A DNA stretch of 64,000 bases from NCBI GenBank assembly GCA_028534125.1, contig CM052816.1:40674001-40738000 (forward strand), in the 5' to 3' direction. Under the pieces are notes generated by a model that worked only from the letters and a program-made list of their open reading frames with translations, had not been told where the DNA came from and did no database searches. The DNA is from Lama glama. Its lineage: Eukaryota. A program made the position numbers and the translations under genes. Positions 1-13,270 of this stretch are shown here, piece after piece. Position 1 is the stretch's first letter, and each line of letters begins with the position of its first letter.

Positions 1-929
1 TAAAAATATGCTATTGTAACTAAGAGACTATAATTATCTATGATAGAAAGCCATTTTAATCTAATTTTGAATTAAATGAATGTTACATAATTTTACTTGA
101 AATATTTCTTGATGTGTATATTTGATGTTTAAATATTCTAAAGCCCTTTTGAAAATTTAGAAAAGTGTAAAATCCACTTGATATGTAACTTAAAAAATTT
201 AAAAGTTTCTTCTTTCATTACATTGTATTAATAGACTAATCAACGAGAAGTGTCATTTCTTGACTTTATTAAATTTCTCCTTACTTCATAAGAAATACAG
301 GTTGGCCCACGCAGCATACATACTTTGCCTCATACAAATTCATAAGGTCTTTAAAGTGTTCCTTTGTGCTTTATTTTACAGGGAAATAATTCATTTGTTA
401 ACTAGGACATTGATATCACATGCCCTTTTTAATTAGCTATGTCCTTTGAGGTGTTGAGTAATTTTACGAAACACAGGTACAGTCTGTCTACAAAGATTTT
501 ACATGATTCTCATTCAGAAAATTGGGATAATTCTTGAGAGCTTCATAGAATCACATAGATTACTTACATGATACCATGTAGGCTAGAGTAACTCCAACTG
601 TGCAAATGGAATGTTGAATAAAAGATAAATGTGAAGAGATAAAACCCTCTCCATTTGCAGTATATGACAAACTCCTGCCCTTTTAATCCCTGACCTAATG
701 CAATGAATTCACTCTTATTTTAGTGATCGTATGGGAATGAGTTGAGGAAAATGGCAATCCTATTACTTCAAAAAAAAAAAAAAAGATGGTTTTTAATTGC
801 TTTTCATTTTAATCTTAAACTCTCCACTTTTAAAATATTCAGAATTAAAAGTGATTCTATATGTACAATTAAAAATTAAAAAGGCAAATATCTGTCAAGT
901 AGAAGACAATGTGTGTTAGTAGTATCTTA

Positions 930-1960
930 TTGTGTTTGATGTTTAATTGAGCATACTGTACATACTGTACATAACTCAAAGAAGTTTTACTGTATATGTA
1001 GCATTGTAGCTATCACCAAAATCAATAAATAGAAAATTCCTCTGAGGTAACCATTATGAACAGCATATATTGAACTCTACAAGTGAAATTGGGTAGTATA
1101 TGTGCTTTGATTTTTTTGCTTTGTTGACTCAATCTTTTATCTGTGATATTCACACATTTTGCACCAGATGTCCCTATTCATTGCTACGTAGTTTTCCCTT
1201 ACATGAGTATACCACAATTCGTTTACACTTTTCATCATGGATGCTTATTTCCAGTTTGGTGCTATCATAAATAAACCTGCTGTGAACATTCTTGCATAAG
1301 TGCTTGGTTGGAGTTGGTTTTTCATGGGGTACAGCTTAGCTTTAGTTGCCACTGCCAAACATGTTTCAAAAGTGCTGGTACCAAGTGATACTTTCATCAC
1401 CAGTGTAACAATGTGACACACTTGATTCACTTCTCTCTACTACTTGTTACTCTAATTTTTATTCATTGTATCTTGTTCATTTGGGTGCAGTGGTATTATA
1501 GGAATTTGATTTTCTTTTCCTTGGCTAAGCATTTTTCATGTCCTTATTATCTAGTTAGCATCTTTTGCTAAGCATTTGTTCAGATTTTTTGCTGCTGTTA
1601 ACTGTTTTTTTACTGTTATATTTTGCTTATTTTTTAAAAATAGATTTTGGTTGCAGTCCCTTGAGACATATATGTGTATTAAAAGTTCTGGTTCAGCCTG
1701 TGGCTTGATTTTTTTGACCCTCTCAAGGATGTCTTAGGATGATTTGAGTCCCTTAATTTTAATGATACCTGACTGACCTTTCTTATTATTACTACCTATT
1801 GTGTTTTGTTTAAAATACATATTTCCTTAGTATAAAATCATGAAGCTTCTTTCTTTTTTTTTTTTTTTTTCTAGATGCTTTATTTTACTTTTAGGTCTAG
1901 GTCTATGTTACACCTGGACTTAGAAGGGTTTTTTTTGTCATTTAAATGTAAGGTGATGGT
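930..1960 (-). mobile_element. Old L1 (L1ME-like) 3' region fragment
   Basis: Degenerate L1 antisense text (tttccagtttggtgctatcataaataaacctgctgtgaacattctt); ORF 1245-1430 ends in ARMFTAGLFMIAPNWK, resembling the ORF2 C-terminus. Confidence 0.75.
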
Positions 1961-1964
1961 TATA

Positions 1965-2297
1965 CAGTTGACCCTTGAACAACACTGTGTGGGGGTTAGG
2001 GGCAATGACCCCCAAGCAGTGGAAAATTCTCATACTGCTATCTCTGTCTCAAAAACATAGGAATTGATAAATGACTCACTCAAAAGCAGGAAGCTTAAAC
2101 AGTTTGAGTAGAATCAGGACTCAAACCTGAGTTCTTTGGATTCCATATATTGTGATCTCTATTCCAATACAAGTTTTTCTCCACACTTAGTCAATTTAAA
2201 GATCTGTAAAATGAAAGTACAAGTACAATAGTTATTGAAAAATCTGCTTATAAGATGATCCTTCCTGTTCAAACTCATGTTGTTTAAGGGTCAGCTG
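1965..2297. mobile_element. Tigger2/MER8-type MITE (TcMar-Tigger)
   Basis: Terminal inverted repeats cagttgacccttgaacaaca ... tgttgtttaagggtcagctg with TA on both sides. Confidence 0.85.
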
Positions 2298-2308
2298 TAT
2301 TCATTTTT

Positions 2309-2485
2309 GGGTGGCAGGCAGCCTCTAATTGGCCCTGTTATCCCTGCCTACCGATATTCATGCCCGTATGTAATTCTCTCCCCATGAGTGTGTATTAGAT
2401 GTAGTACTGCAGAAGTGATGGGATATAACTTCCAAGATTTAGCTATAGAAAGATTGGCCTCTGTCTTTAATGCTCTCACTCACTC
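2309..2485 (+). mobile_element. MLT1 (E/F-like) LTR 5' fragment
   Basis: gtggcaggcagcctctaattggccc...ctccccatgagtgtg resembles an MLT1E/F start. Confidence 0.6.
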
Positions 2486-2489
2486 CATT

Positions 2490-3180
2490 TGATACTATTG
2501 GTCTATTTGTATAGCATTTCACCTCTCCCATACTGTCTTTATAACCACAGTTTTATAAAATCTTGATATCTAATATTGTAAATCCTCCAAGATTGTTCTT
2601 CTATTTTAAGATTATTTTGATTATTTTAATTCCTTCTGATTTCCATGTTAATTTTTAAAATCAGCTTGTCAACTTTGATAAAATTCTGCTGGAATTTTGA
2701 GATCACGTTGAATCTTTCAACCAGTTCAGAAGTAATACTTTTACAAAGTTGAACATTGAAAAAATGAAGGATAGAGAGTTACCTTCGTTTTTAAGATTTT
2801 TTTCAAATTTCTATTAGCCGTTATTTAAAAATCAGAGGTCTTACACATCTTTAATTTGGTTTGTTCCTTGTTATAAGATACCTTATACCATTATAATGAT
2901 ATTAAAAAAAATTTTTGAACAGTAGTATATGGATGTACAAATTATATTTTATTCTGAGGTTTCATCTGGTATCCATGGTAAAAAATACTTGCTGATTATA
3001 ATAATTTCTATGTTTTGGGATTTTGCACATACCCAATAATTTCTAAATCTACAGTCAATACCATTTGTGATTATCGGCAGTATAACTTTTTTACTTAGCA
3101 TCTTTAAACTTCCATTTCTTACAGTGCATTTCACAGTGGTACTAATGCATGAGCATAAAGTTTTATATAAAATATATATT
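2490..3180 (-). mobile_element. Old L1 ORF2 fragment, continuing the 930-1960 element
   Basis: Degenerate antisense ORF2 text (aaatcctccaagattgttcttc, tcagcttgtcaacttt, ttctgctggaattttga). Confidence 0.7.
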
Positions 3181-3897
3181 GAACATTGAATCATTCCAAA
3201 TTCATTCTGTACACCTCTTGTTGGAGGGGTAGGAAGATAAAAAATGTTATTTTAAAGACTCCAGTGCTGCTGGGGCTTTGGTGGTGCTCATGGGAGATTT
3301 GTCATTTATGGTGGAAACAGCACCAGTAGTGACAATATTGTGATTCAATTTCATTACCCCTGAAACAAAGCTTTGGGTGTAACTAGTCTAACCTCAGATT
3401 TACCCGTAGAGATGGCAGTAGTAATCGTGTTGAGAGTAATGGGTTACAGAATTAAGCCTTGTTTGAATCTTGGTCTCATGAATTGTTGCTACCAGAGTCA
3501 GTTCTTCATTGTTTTGGAACCAGGTCAATAATTGCAGTTGAGAATTATTCTCAACCCTTTCAGTATTTCCTGGTACCTGTTTCTGACATCAACATCATTA
3601 TTAGTGTTACTTAAAAAATAAAGTAGTTGTTTCTTTTTTTCTACTCACCCCTGACTAATAAATGAAATGTTTTATACAGAGTCACTCAAGAAAAGTAATC
3701 TAGGACTAGTTATCTGGTATGATTATGTTTGAGGTTAATGATGACCCCCCACCCTGGCCCAAATCATCGTAATTCAAATTATCCTAGCAGTTCTTAACCT
3801 ACTGGAACAAATTTTTTTTTTAAATTTTAACTTGTGGGGCATTCGCCTGCTTGGTAGGCTATTACTGGAATGAACAATGCAGAAACTGTGAAGTGAG

Positions 3898-4277
3898 TGC
3901 TGTGGATTGAATGTTTTTGCCCCTCCCCCCCCCCCCAAATCTTGATGTTGAAATCCTAGTGCACAAGATGATGATTTTAGGAGGTGAGTCCTTTGGGAGG
4001 TAATTAGGTCATAATGGTGGAGTCTTCATGAATGGGATTAGTCTTCTTATAAGAAGCCCCTTATCCCTTCTGCCTTTTGAGAGATCCCTTGTCCCCTCAT
4101 GTGAGGTTGTAGGGAAAAGTCAGCCATTTGAGAAGGGACCCTCACCAGGCACTGAATCTGCTGGTGCCGTGGTCTTGGATTCCCCAGCCTCCAGAACTGT
4201 GAGAAATAATTATTTGTTGTTTATAAGGTACCTAGTCTCTAGTATTTTATTACAACACCACAAATGTACTGAAACAG
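3898..4277 (+). mobile_element. MLT1A-type MaLR solo LTR
   Basis: tgctgtggattgaatgt...ttgaaatccta...gggcc/tcctttgggaggtaattaggtcat...ccagcctccagaactgtgagaaata; about 380 bp. Confidence 0.85.
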
Positions 4278-4477
4278 TAGGATAGCTGCTCTGACTGCGG
4301 TGTAGAATTTAAATAAAGAAAATGAAAACATTCTGGGCTTTAAATTCTCAATGAAAGCCACAGCCAGAGACCTAATGAATTTATATGACTGCTTTAAAGA
4401 AATCTAATAAATTTTGTACAATGGGATCACTAAAATAATAGCAAATGGTGTCTAAGTCAGGGGGTTGCTGAAAAACA

Positions 4478-4573
4478 TTGTAGCAGACTGTGTTTCCCAA
4501 AGGTGACTACAAAGTTATCTTCCATTCCATATGCTCTTTTGAAATGTGACCTTGATCATCCCAGCAAGTGGAG

Positions 4574-4604
<31 letters not shown>

Positions 4605-6130
4605 ATCCCTTTGAATGTAGGCAGGCCCTGTCTCAGGGAATAAGAAAAATAATGATAGAAATGATCTCATGTCAGGGATTAAAGTGTCTATGAAAAATAA
4701 TTATTTTCCATTGCTATCAGTTACTACAACTTGAAGAGTTAGTTGTATAATAGTTCGAAGACAAAGACTAAAATCGGGTAACACAGAATTGTGTCTTCCC
4801 GATATAGCAAAGCTTTCTATTGAAGTGTAAGTAAGAAGCCCAGACTATTCTGGTGACTTTGTGACATGTTGGGGTTGGGGAGAGAAAGAAAAACTATCAC
4901 ATGGAAGAGCAGAGGCATCAGATATTTTAGTGAAGGAACCAGCTTGCATAATCCAGCCCAGTCAAACCTCAGATGATTGATTCTGGCACCAATTGCTATA
5001 TGACTAGCATTGTATGGGAGACCGAGTGAGAACAATGCAGCTGAGCCCAGTGAAGCTACTAAATCACATAAGTAATATATATATATTTTTAAGCTCCTAC
5101 GTTTTTTGGTGGTTTGTCACACAGTAATAAACAGAAGAATGAAAATTGTTATGAGGAATAGGGTGTTGCCAAATGAAAACTTAAAATATGTGGCATTGGT
5201 TTGGGAACTAGATCACAGGGAATGGCTAGGAAAACTTGGAGGAAACTGATGACAGAAGTTGGAAAAATAATGAGGAGATTGTTTGTGGAGTCTCAATAGA
5301 GAGCAAGCCTGTGTTAAGTAGCAGTAGAAAGTGTAGCAAAACGTTGTCTTTTATAAGTTGGAAAATAGAAACTGTAGTTAATGAACTGGTGAATCTGGCT
5401 AAGGATTAGTTAAAGCCAGTTAAAAATAACAATTTATTGGTATTCGCTAAGAAACATAAACAGATGAATTCAAGAAGAAACTGTCCAATTTTTTATCAGA
5501 ATTTATAGGAAATATAAGGTAGTCTGGATGCTTTCAAGCCAAAATGCTCTCAAAGTAATAAATGGCCCCAGAGTAAACATCAAATTCAGGGAACTTTCAG
5601 TAAAATGTATCCTCAGAGAAAGTTTAGATTAAAGATGTTGCTCTAAAATTGTTTGACATTGGGAAAATTTAAGGTGATATCTCTTACGTCCTCTCAGCTG
5701 GGGAAAAATGACATTTTGAGGATCTTAAAAGCATGCTTTCTAGACTTTTTCTGCTAGGCAAATTAGCTTTTAAGAATCATCAGGCTGTTATGCAACAATA
5801 ATTTAGAATTCAGTCCACAAAACTTACTGAGACAAGCCTCTCTATCTTGAAGAAATTTGGGAGTGTGACTTTGGTTCTACAGTTGGAACACCAGTAAGAT
5901 TCATAGGACCATCACCAAGATTTTAAGAGAATTGGATCAGCAAAAGCACCACTGGCTGAGACTAAAGCAGGTGGAGACAATTAAAAATGAAGTTCCCCAA
6001 CTTCAGATGTTAAAAAGCAGATTCAGAAAGCTACTCAGCTGCAAATATGAATTGTTTATCTAAAGAAGGCTGACTCAGTGTACAGAGTTAAAATACAAGG
6101 GAAATCAATTTATAAGAGTGAGAATGATCT
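4478..6130 (+). mobile_element. MLT1G/H-like LTR (interrupted near 4630-4850) followed by MaLR internal sequence
   Basis: LTR start tgtagcagactgtgtttcccaaag; LTR end ...ggtggtttgtcacacagtaata near 5130; then MaLR-int-like aaaatatgtggcattggtttgggaact. Confidence 0.7.
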
Positions 6131-7599
6131 TCAGAAACTTGTGACATGTGCCTAGGCAGATCCAGTCATTTCTGTGGGCTGGTGACCACTGTGTGCTTGT
6201 CTGCTCCCTGTACCTACCGCACCAGCTTATGTTGGGTAAATGTGGGAGGAGAGAACTTGGTTCTTTAGTTGACAGATATTCAAGTACAACCATCCTCATC
6301 CCTTTATATTCTGGATTCATTGAGGCGCTTGTCATTGAATTTGGTTGAAGATGTTATTCATAGGCTTTGTGTTTTATTCTTTTTTAAAATGAGGGAATTT
6401 GTGGAAGTTTACACCCTCACCCCAAATGACAACAATGAGAAGAAACCTCTCATCTCTGCATATTTACTAACAGGAATAGTCTGTGTCATCTAACATGTGA
6501 AATCTAAGGAATTCCTGGGTGGATATCCAATTTGATTTTTTAGGTAACTTTCTTTTAAAAAATTATTTATTCACTAGTATATAATCAGAACTTAACACTT
6601 TAGACTTTTTATACATAGATCCTCACAGGAAAGTATTAGAGATGTCACCTTAAATATTTATGATCTTTCCAACATCTTATCAAAGAAGTTGTATATTTGA
6701 TCAAAATATATTTGATGGACATATTTGATCTAAACCTTGCCCTCAGGCTACATTCTACTAGAAATGCTCTGAATTTGCTCTTTACCCTGAGGCCATTTCT
6801 TCCTTTGAAAATATTTTGTTGGCTGAAAATACCATTCAGGGGACCATAACCAGATTTCTGAGGCTTTATCTTGGTTTTATAAAATTAATTTTTCTGTCTG
6901 TATGTTTCCCTCAAATTTAGAAAACATACATGGTTAAACATGACCTTGATTCTTTGGTGATGACTGAATCCAAACTTCAGATTCCATTTTCTTCCCTGAG
7001 ATTTTATCATACCCACTTTTCAACCTGTTATTCTTAAGTGGTCAGATTGAGCTGAGAACAGTATTTCCCATTCTGAATGACTTCTTAAATTGTGTTTAAG
7101 AGAGATAATTTTTACCAAAAGTACATCAAAAATTCTTTTTCAGGTCTTCCCATTTGGAGGCCTATTATAGAATAAATTCATAAGCTTTTAAATAAGATCT
7201 GTTTGTTAGCTTCATGATTTGGGGGAATATAATTAATAACTCAGTATCACTATATCAGAATAATTTAAATATAAATGGTTTACTTTTGGAGTTTTTAAGA
7301 TTAATGATGCAATATGTTTAGAGTGGCCAGCAGAACTTAAGGCATAGAAAGGGGTTCAATAAATGAATTCCCTTTTCTATTCTCCTGTTTGATTTTTAAA
7401 GTTTGAATTAAGAATGTATCATCTGTCCATGCTAGCTGGCTGAAAGATGTGTGGTATGTTCCCACAGTACCCCAGCCATTATTCAGAGGTTTTCACTATG
7501 TTTCAACCCTTAAATTCTCCCAGCAAATTACAGCCCCTTCTTAAACAATACTGTTCATCACTCCTTGCTATTGATGAAAATTAACTTGTCAGTTGTTAC

Positions 7600-7755
7600 A
7601 CTGGCCTCTGAGCCAAATGCAGAGGTTTAAAAATAAGATCACTTTGCCTCACCCACGAAGATTCTGATTCAGTATGGATGGGAATGGGAAGAGGCTGAAA
7701 AATTCTGCTTTTTAAAATATTCCCCACGTGACTTTGATACACACTCAAGCTTTAG
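7600..7755. mobile_element. MER5-type hAT-Charlie MITE
   Basis: agattctgattcagtatggatggga...aattctgctttt...tccccacgtgactttgat resembles MER5A. Confidence 0.6.
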
Positions 7756-10700
7756 GTTAAAAAAATGAATGTATGTCTCTTTTTTCTAGTCTGAATAATA
7801 ACTTCACTATAGAAAAAACTAATAGAAGGTGAACAGAAAGCTATTGTGATTCATAAATTAATAATAAGATACTATTGGCTAAAATATACATTTGGGATCC
7901 TGAGGCATAGCTCATTTTTCTTATGCTAATAGTTTAGTGTTACTTTAAGAAAACAAACAAAACAACAAAAAACCCACATGTACCACAGGACTTGAAGATC
8001 TGAACATTTATTAAAAGTTATATAAGTATATACTTTATCTTCCAAGTCTCTATTTTCCATTGCGTGATTGATTTTTTCTAATTCATTTGCATAATATTCA
8101 GCACCCCTACCCCTTTTTAAGATACCAGAGTAGCTGGGAGAGCTAAGAAAAGTCTTAGCAATTCCCAATGAATTGTCCTAAGGGAACTATCCTGCTAGTG
8201 GAGAGAGTGGATTAAATAGATTTGTACCTATAACCTCTGTTGAAGGATTAACCTTTTAAAAATGACTTCCCATATTCTTTGTGTTCTTACAGTTTAATTG
8301 AATTGTATTCTGAGAATTAACTTTCAGTTTGAGTTAAGTTTTTGTTAACACAAGCATAAGTCATCTACTCCCAGGACTGTTTTTTTTTTTTTTTTTTTTG
8401 GAATTATGAACCTAAATGGTACCTTTGGCTTGTGAGCTCTGAAAATTTTGGTCTTTGTGTTTTGTGGGGAAAAAAATGCCTGATTGTATTGCTGTTACTT
8501 TTCCTTTGGGTAAAATAAACTGAATGGTGGCAAATGCTGTTATGTTGTTCCCAGAAATGCAGGGTTTGGATTCAGAAATTGGATCACAGAGATTGTCTTA
8601 AATCAGAGTTAAGTGGTTATTTGGCAGCTCAGTCTGATGAAGCAGCTTGTTCTGGCTCTGTTGCCAATAAATTATTTTGAGAAACACTTCTAATTTTCTA
8701 ATCAAAATGTAAAAAAATAAATAAATCAGGAAGTGTAGAGAAACCATTGGAGTTATTGGGGAAAGTGTACAAACCCAGGATAACTAAGAGAAATATCCCA
8801 GTTTTTTTTTTCTCTCCAGCTCATTTCATTTTAATAAAAACGACAGTGGATGGATGGATGGACAGACCACTAACTAGATTTTGATCTATAGATAAATTAA
8901 TAAAATCTTATAACTTGTGATGGAGATAAAGTATGTAAACATAAAATGATTCAATCATTTATCTAAGCAATGCTCAAAGTGCCAGTGGTCACAGAAAATA
9001 ATGCTTTAACTGAGGATCATGGCAAGCTTCAGGGAGAATATGTTATTTGTGCAAGTAATCGGTAGGATTAAGTCAGTTGTAATATATGAAAGGTAGATCA
9101 AAATATCAAGTATGCTGATAAACATAATCTTGTTAATTTAGATCCCTTTAGTTTTTTTCATTATGTATCCATGATTTTTACATAATTAATGATCTATAAC
9201 CTGTGCTATGTGTAGATGGTGGCCTTTTCTTGCATCTGTAGATTTTATTATTATAAAAGGGTACACCAAAATGTCATTTAATAATGCAACTGCATTTTAG
9301 GAAACTAGGTAAAAAGATAACCTTCTAGTACTTAGGTAACTCTGCATTTTGGGATCTTAAGTAAATTTACTGTGTATAATTGTCAGTATATTTTAAAATA
9401 AGTGAGTGATCTCCTAAAGCCAAGGAGAGACATTTAAGTTAGAGTGGCACCACCCGGGGAATCACTGCTGCTCTCATACCAGATGAAAATCTGCCATATT
9501 TCATTCCTCAGCAATAATTAATTTTATTTCAAAAAGATTTACAAATAATATAATTTATAACACAGACAAGGGTACTGTTAGCATACCAGTTATCGGTGCA
9601 GGCAAAGAGGAGTAAATTTGTAGATAATGGATAAATTCCACATTTAGGTATTGAAACCTTTTCAGGATTTTAACAGTCTCATTTTGCAGGCAGGCCTGCA
9701 GTTCTGATGCAGATTTAACATTCTGTTCCTAATTTAGTTGAAGCTTTGAACTTTCTTCAGAAGCTTTGTTTTTCTAGGAATGTTTAGCTTCATAGTTGTT
9801 TCGTGAATTACGAAGCAACATTCTGTGCATTTTACAGCATCAGGTGGAGCAGACAGGAGTAATGAGTCACGGATAGTGAAAGGAGGCTGTCACAGAGACT
9901 TGAGCATCAAGACATCCTCAGTGGTCCTGTGGACTTCAGCCACGTTCGTTAGCAATAAATTTTCATATCAAGATGTGGCAGATGGCAAATTGTTCATCAA
10001 GCAGTAAATACAAAAATAATTTTAAAAGTCAGTGAACAATAACAGCAGGAGAAATAGTCTTTAGAAAAGTTTTCCAAGCATACTGGCTTCGTTTGTAATT
10101 TTGAAAGTCCCATTTCATCTACACTAGACTGGCTATAATCTTACTAAAAAAAATTGTCATATTGAAGACTGCTATGTTTCAGGGACTCTGCATTTTTATA
10201 ATTATTTCAGTTAATTTGCACAAACTATGAAGTTGATATTATCTTTAATTTACAAACTTGATTTGCTTGTATGAAGAGAAAGAAGTAAATTGATAGGTTA
10301 TTCAGAATGGTATTTGCTTTATTCAATAGGTGATATATTATTTCTTAACAGTATATTAGAAAAACAGTACATCTGGAAAATAAGGAATTATTTGGAAAGG
10401 AATACATCACAATCGCTTGGCCCATTACTCTTATTTCATCTGGTTGTTTTTCACAAAACAATACAGCTTAAGGTATTTATGCTTTATTAAAGTCAGTTGT
10501 TTTCTATAAATGGTAACTGTGAAATGGAATAAGAGTAAATGACTTAAAAATATGGAATCTGCTTTTTTCTGGTGCAAAATTATTATAAACACTAAAGGAA
10601 ATAATCCCTATGTTGTAAACATTTCTGTGGGATATTTACATAACACAGAGCACTTCCAGACATAACTACGCCTTTCTAACGGTGTATAACCTCTTGACAG

Positions 10701-13159
10701 GCTAATGCATTTCTTGTTGTTTCTTCCCTCGACTAAGGAGCTTAGCAGAGGGGATAACTGCTTTAGAAGTTAAGTAACGGTCAAGAAAAATAAGTTAGAA
10801 GAGGTTTTCAAGTCAGATCTCACCTCCGAACTATTATTTCCAGTGATGTCAGAATGCTGAGCTTTTGGGAACTAGATCTCAAAGATGTAACTGCTATGGG
10901 AGTTGCTTTACCAACCTTTTAAAGGAAGTAATAGGTCGAAGGAAAGCAGTGCAGGGAAGACAGATGACATGACTTCGCACTGGTGTCATAAAAATGTGAC
11001 TGGAAAGAGATGCTGTGGGCCGTATGAAGATTTTGAGTAGAGGGTGGCAGCCACTTAGCACTGTACCTCCCAATTGTAGAGACGCTGTGAAGGCCTTTTC
11101 ACACATCACATGTACCAGGGGAAAGTGAATTCATCTCCTGGCTCCTATCCTGAGATGCACACTTCTGTGGGATGCCCACTCCCATATCACTGCATCTCTT
11201 TCTCTGGCTGTACTCCATTTATTATAAATCTTAGCCATCAAAGGTAGGAATCATGCAACAGCGTTCTCGAATAGAAATTAGTTACTTCTGCTGGCAGCGG
11301 CAAATTGCATCAGTTAAGTCCTTGATCCGCCCGTTAAACATTTGAAATTGCAGACAATTCATTTTGCTTCTCCAAACCTAAGTTATTTCATCTATGATAT
11401 GAATGTTATAGTAAGGTGTGATACAGTTTTTTTGTAAGAATTAATATAAATAATACAAAGTATTTAACAGAACATAGGATACCCAACAAATGAAAAATAA
11501 ATGTCAGTTTCAATATAATTGCTCCTGAGTTGGGTTCTGCTTTTACTACATAGCTGTCTGGCATAGAACACAAATTTAGTAGCACCATTTTGGGCACTGG
11601 ACTTGTGAGTAATATAATCTAGATGTGTCCACTAAGTTTAATAAGTTAAGATATAATTCCCCTAAATGATGTAGCCAAGTTCTTCAAATCATAGCTTTAG
11701 TAATAGCATTCTAAAGTTCTCAAGTCTATGGGACTTCATTCATTCTCTTGATGACTCACCAATAAAAATCTGACCTGTGAGAAGGGCTTCTCTTACAGAA
11801 ACCAACCTTACCTTCTCACACCCTCTGTTCATCCTCTCTGCAATGCTACATTTTGTTCTCAAACTTCTGTCAATCACTTCCCTCTCATGGGCCTTTATTT
11901 CTGGCTTGTTTTCTTTTGCACGCTCTTATGAGTTCACAATGAGTAGCTTTTGTCAAATATGTTATCAAAGTCTGTTTTACCCCCACATTCAGTAAAATGC
12001 TGGCTACTTTCTTTATAGTTCTCACTGTAACTACAATGTCCCTTAATCTAGGAAATCCATTTCCTGCATGTGTGCATGCCAGTGCAGAAGGGTTTTTCCC
12101 CGTTACCTTACCATGAAACATATTCTTTTATTTTGATCACAGTAAATTTAGCTAGACAAACCATGACACTTTTATTGAAACACTGTATCAGACACTAAAA
12201 TGGAGACAACGTGATAGTGGTGTAATTTTTAACCATTTGATGTTCAATATAATTTAGACAGCTGAAGTTGCAGTTTAAAAGGAAAATTTTTATTATAGCA
12301 CTTGGGAAATTAGTGATGATTATTATCAGTATTATTTTGTTCTTGGGTGATTCTAAATTCATGTTCATAATCACATCAGTTACTACAGTAAATATAGAAA
12401 AACTCTAATTATAAATGTTAAGGGACCTCTGTAATACGAATGTAGAAATAGAATATGAAGAAATGTTGAGGCACATTAACATAAGCTGTCTTTGAAACTA
12501 AGTTAGAATAGGGTACTGTTATTAAAAATATTTGCCTTTCATCTTCTTGCACATTTGTTTTCCTCCTTTTTGGCAAACTTAATGTTACATTTCCTGTGCA
12601 TTATAACTGAAAAATAAAGTAGCAACTTAACTAGGAGTAGGGAAGTAATGTTACTTAGGCATAATACATTCATCATCAAAATTCCCATGAAACAGAATAA
12701 ACTCTCAAAATCTACTGTAGATGACATTAAAAGACATGACTTCTCTGATTGTCTGTTACCAAAGAAAATTACTCAATTATTCACTCAACTGAGTGTAAAA
12801 AAAATTCTAACTAGTTCATACAGGTAAAACACAGATTTTTAATCTGTATCACAGGTACAGAGCTGCTGTAGATTCATCACAACACAGTATATTCTATTAA
12901 AAGGATTATCCAGGAAACATTTTAAACTAAAGGAGGATGTAACAAATAAAAAGTGAAATTGTATGGACGCACAAGATACTGAATTATAATTATTATAGTA
13001 ATTTACATCTTTATACATACATTCAAATAAATAAAGCTAACATGTATCTGTATACATATATAACAGATATACACAAATATATAGATGATTATTTCAAATT
13101 ATGATACGTCAAAGTCTAGGAGTTTACTTTGAATATATCAGCTGCATCATCGAGGAATG

Positions 13160-13270
13160 ATGATACAGGAAGACTAAGTGATTTGCTCACTGTATTATAG
13201 CAGTCAGAAGTAAAGTTCGAACACAAATCCAGTCTCTTACTCTACATCCTGTGTTCTTTCATCACAGAGC
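13160..13270 (-). mobile_element. MIR fragment
   Basis: taagtgatttgctca...cagtcagaagtaaagttcgaacacaaatccagtc. Confidence 0.55.
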
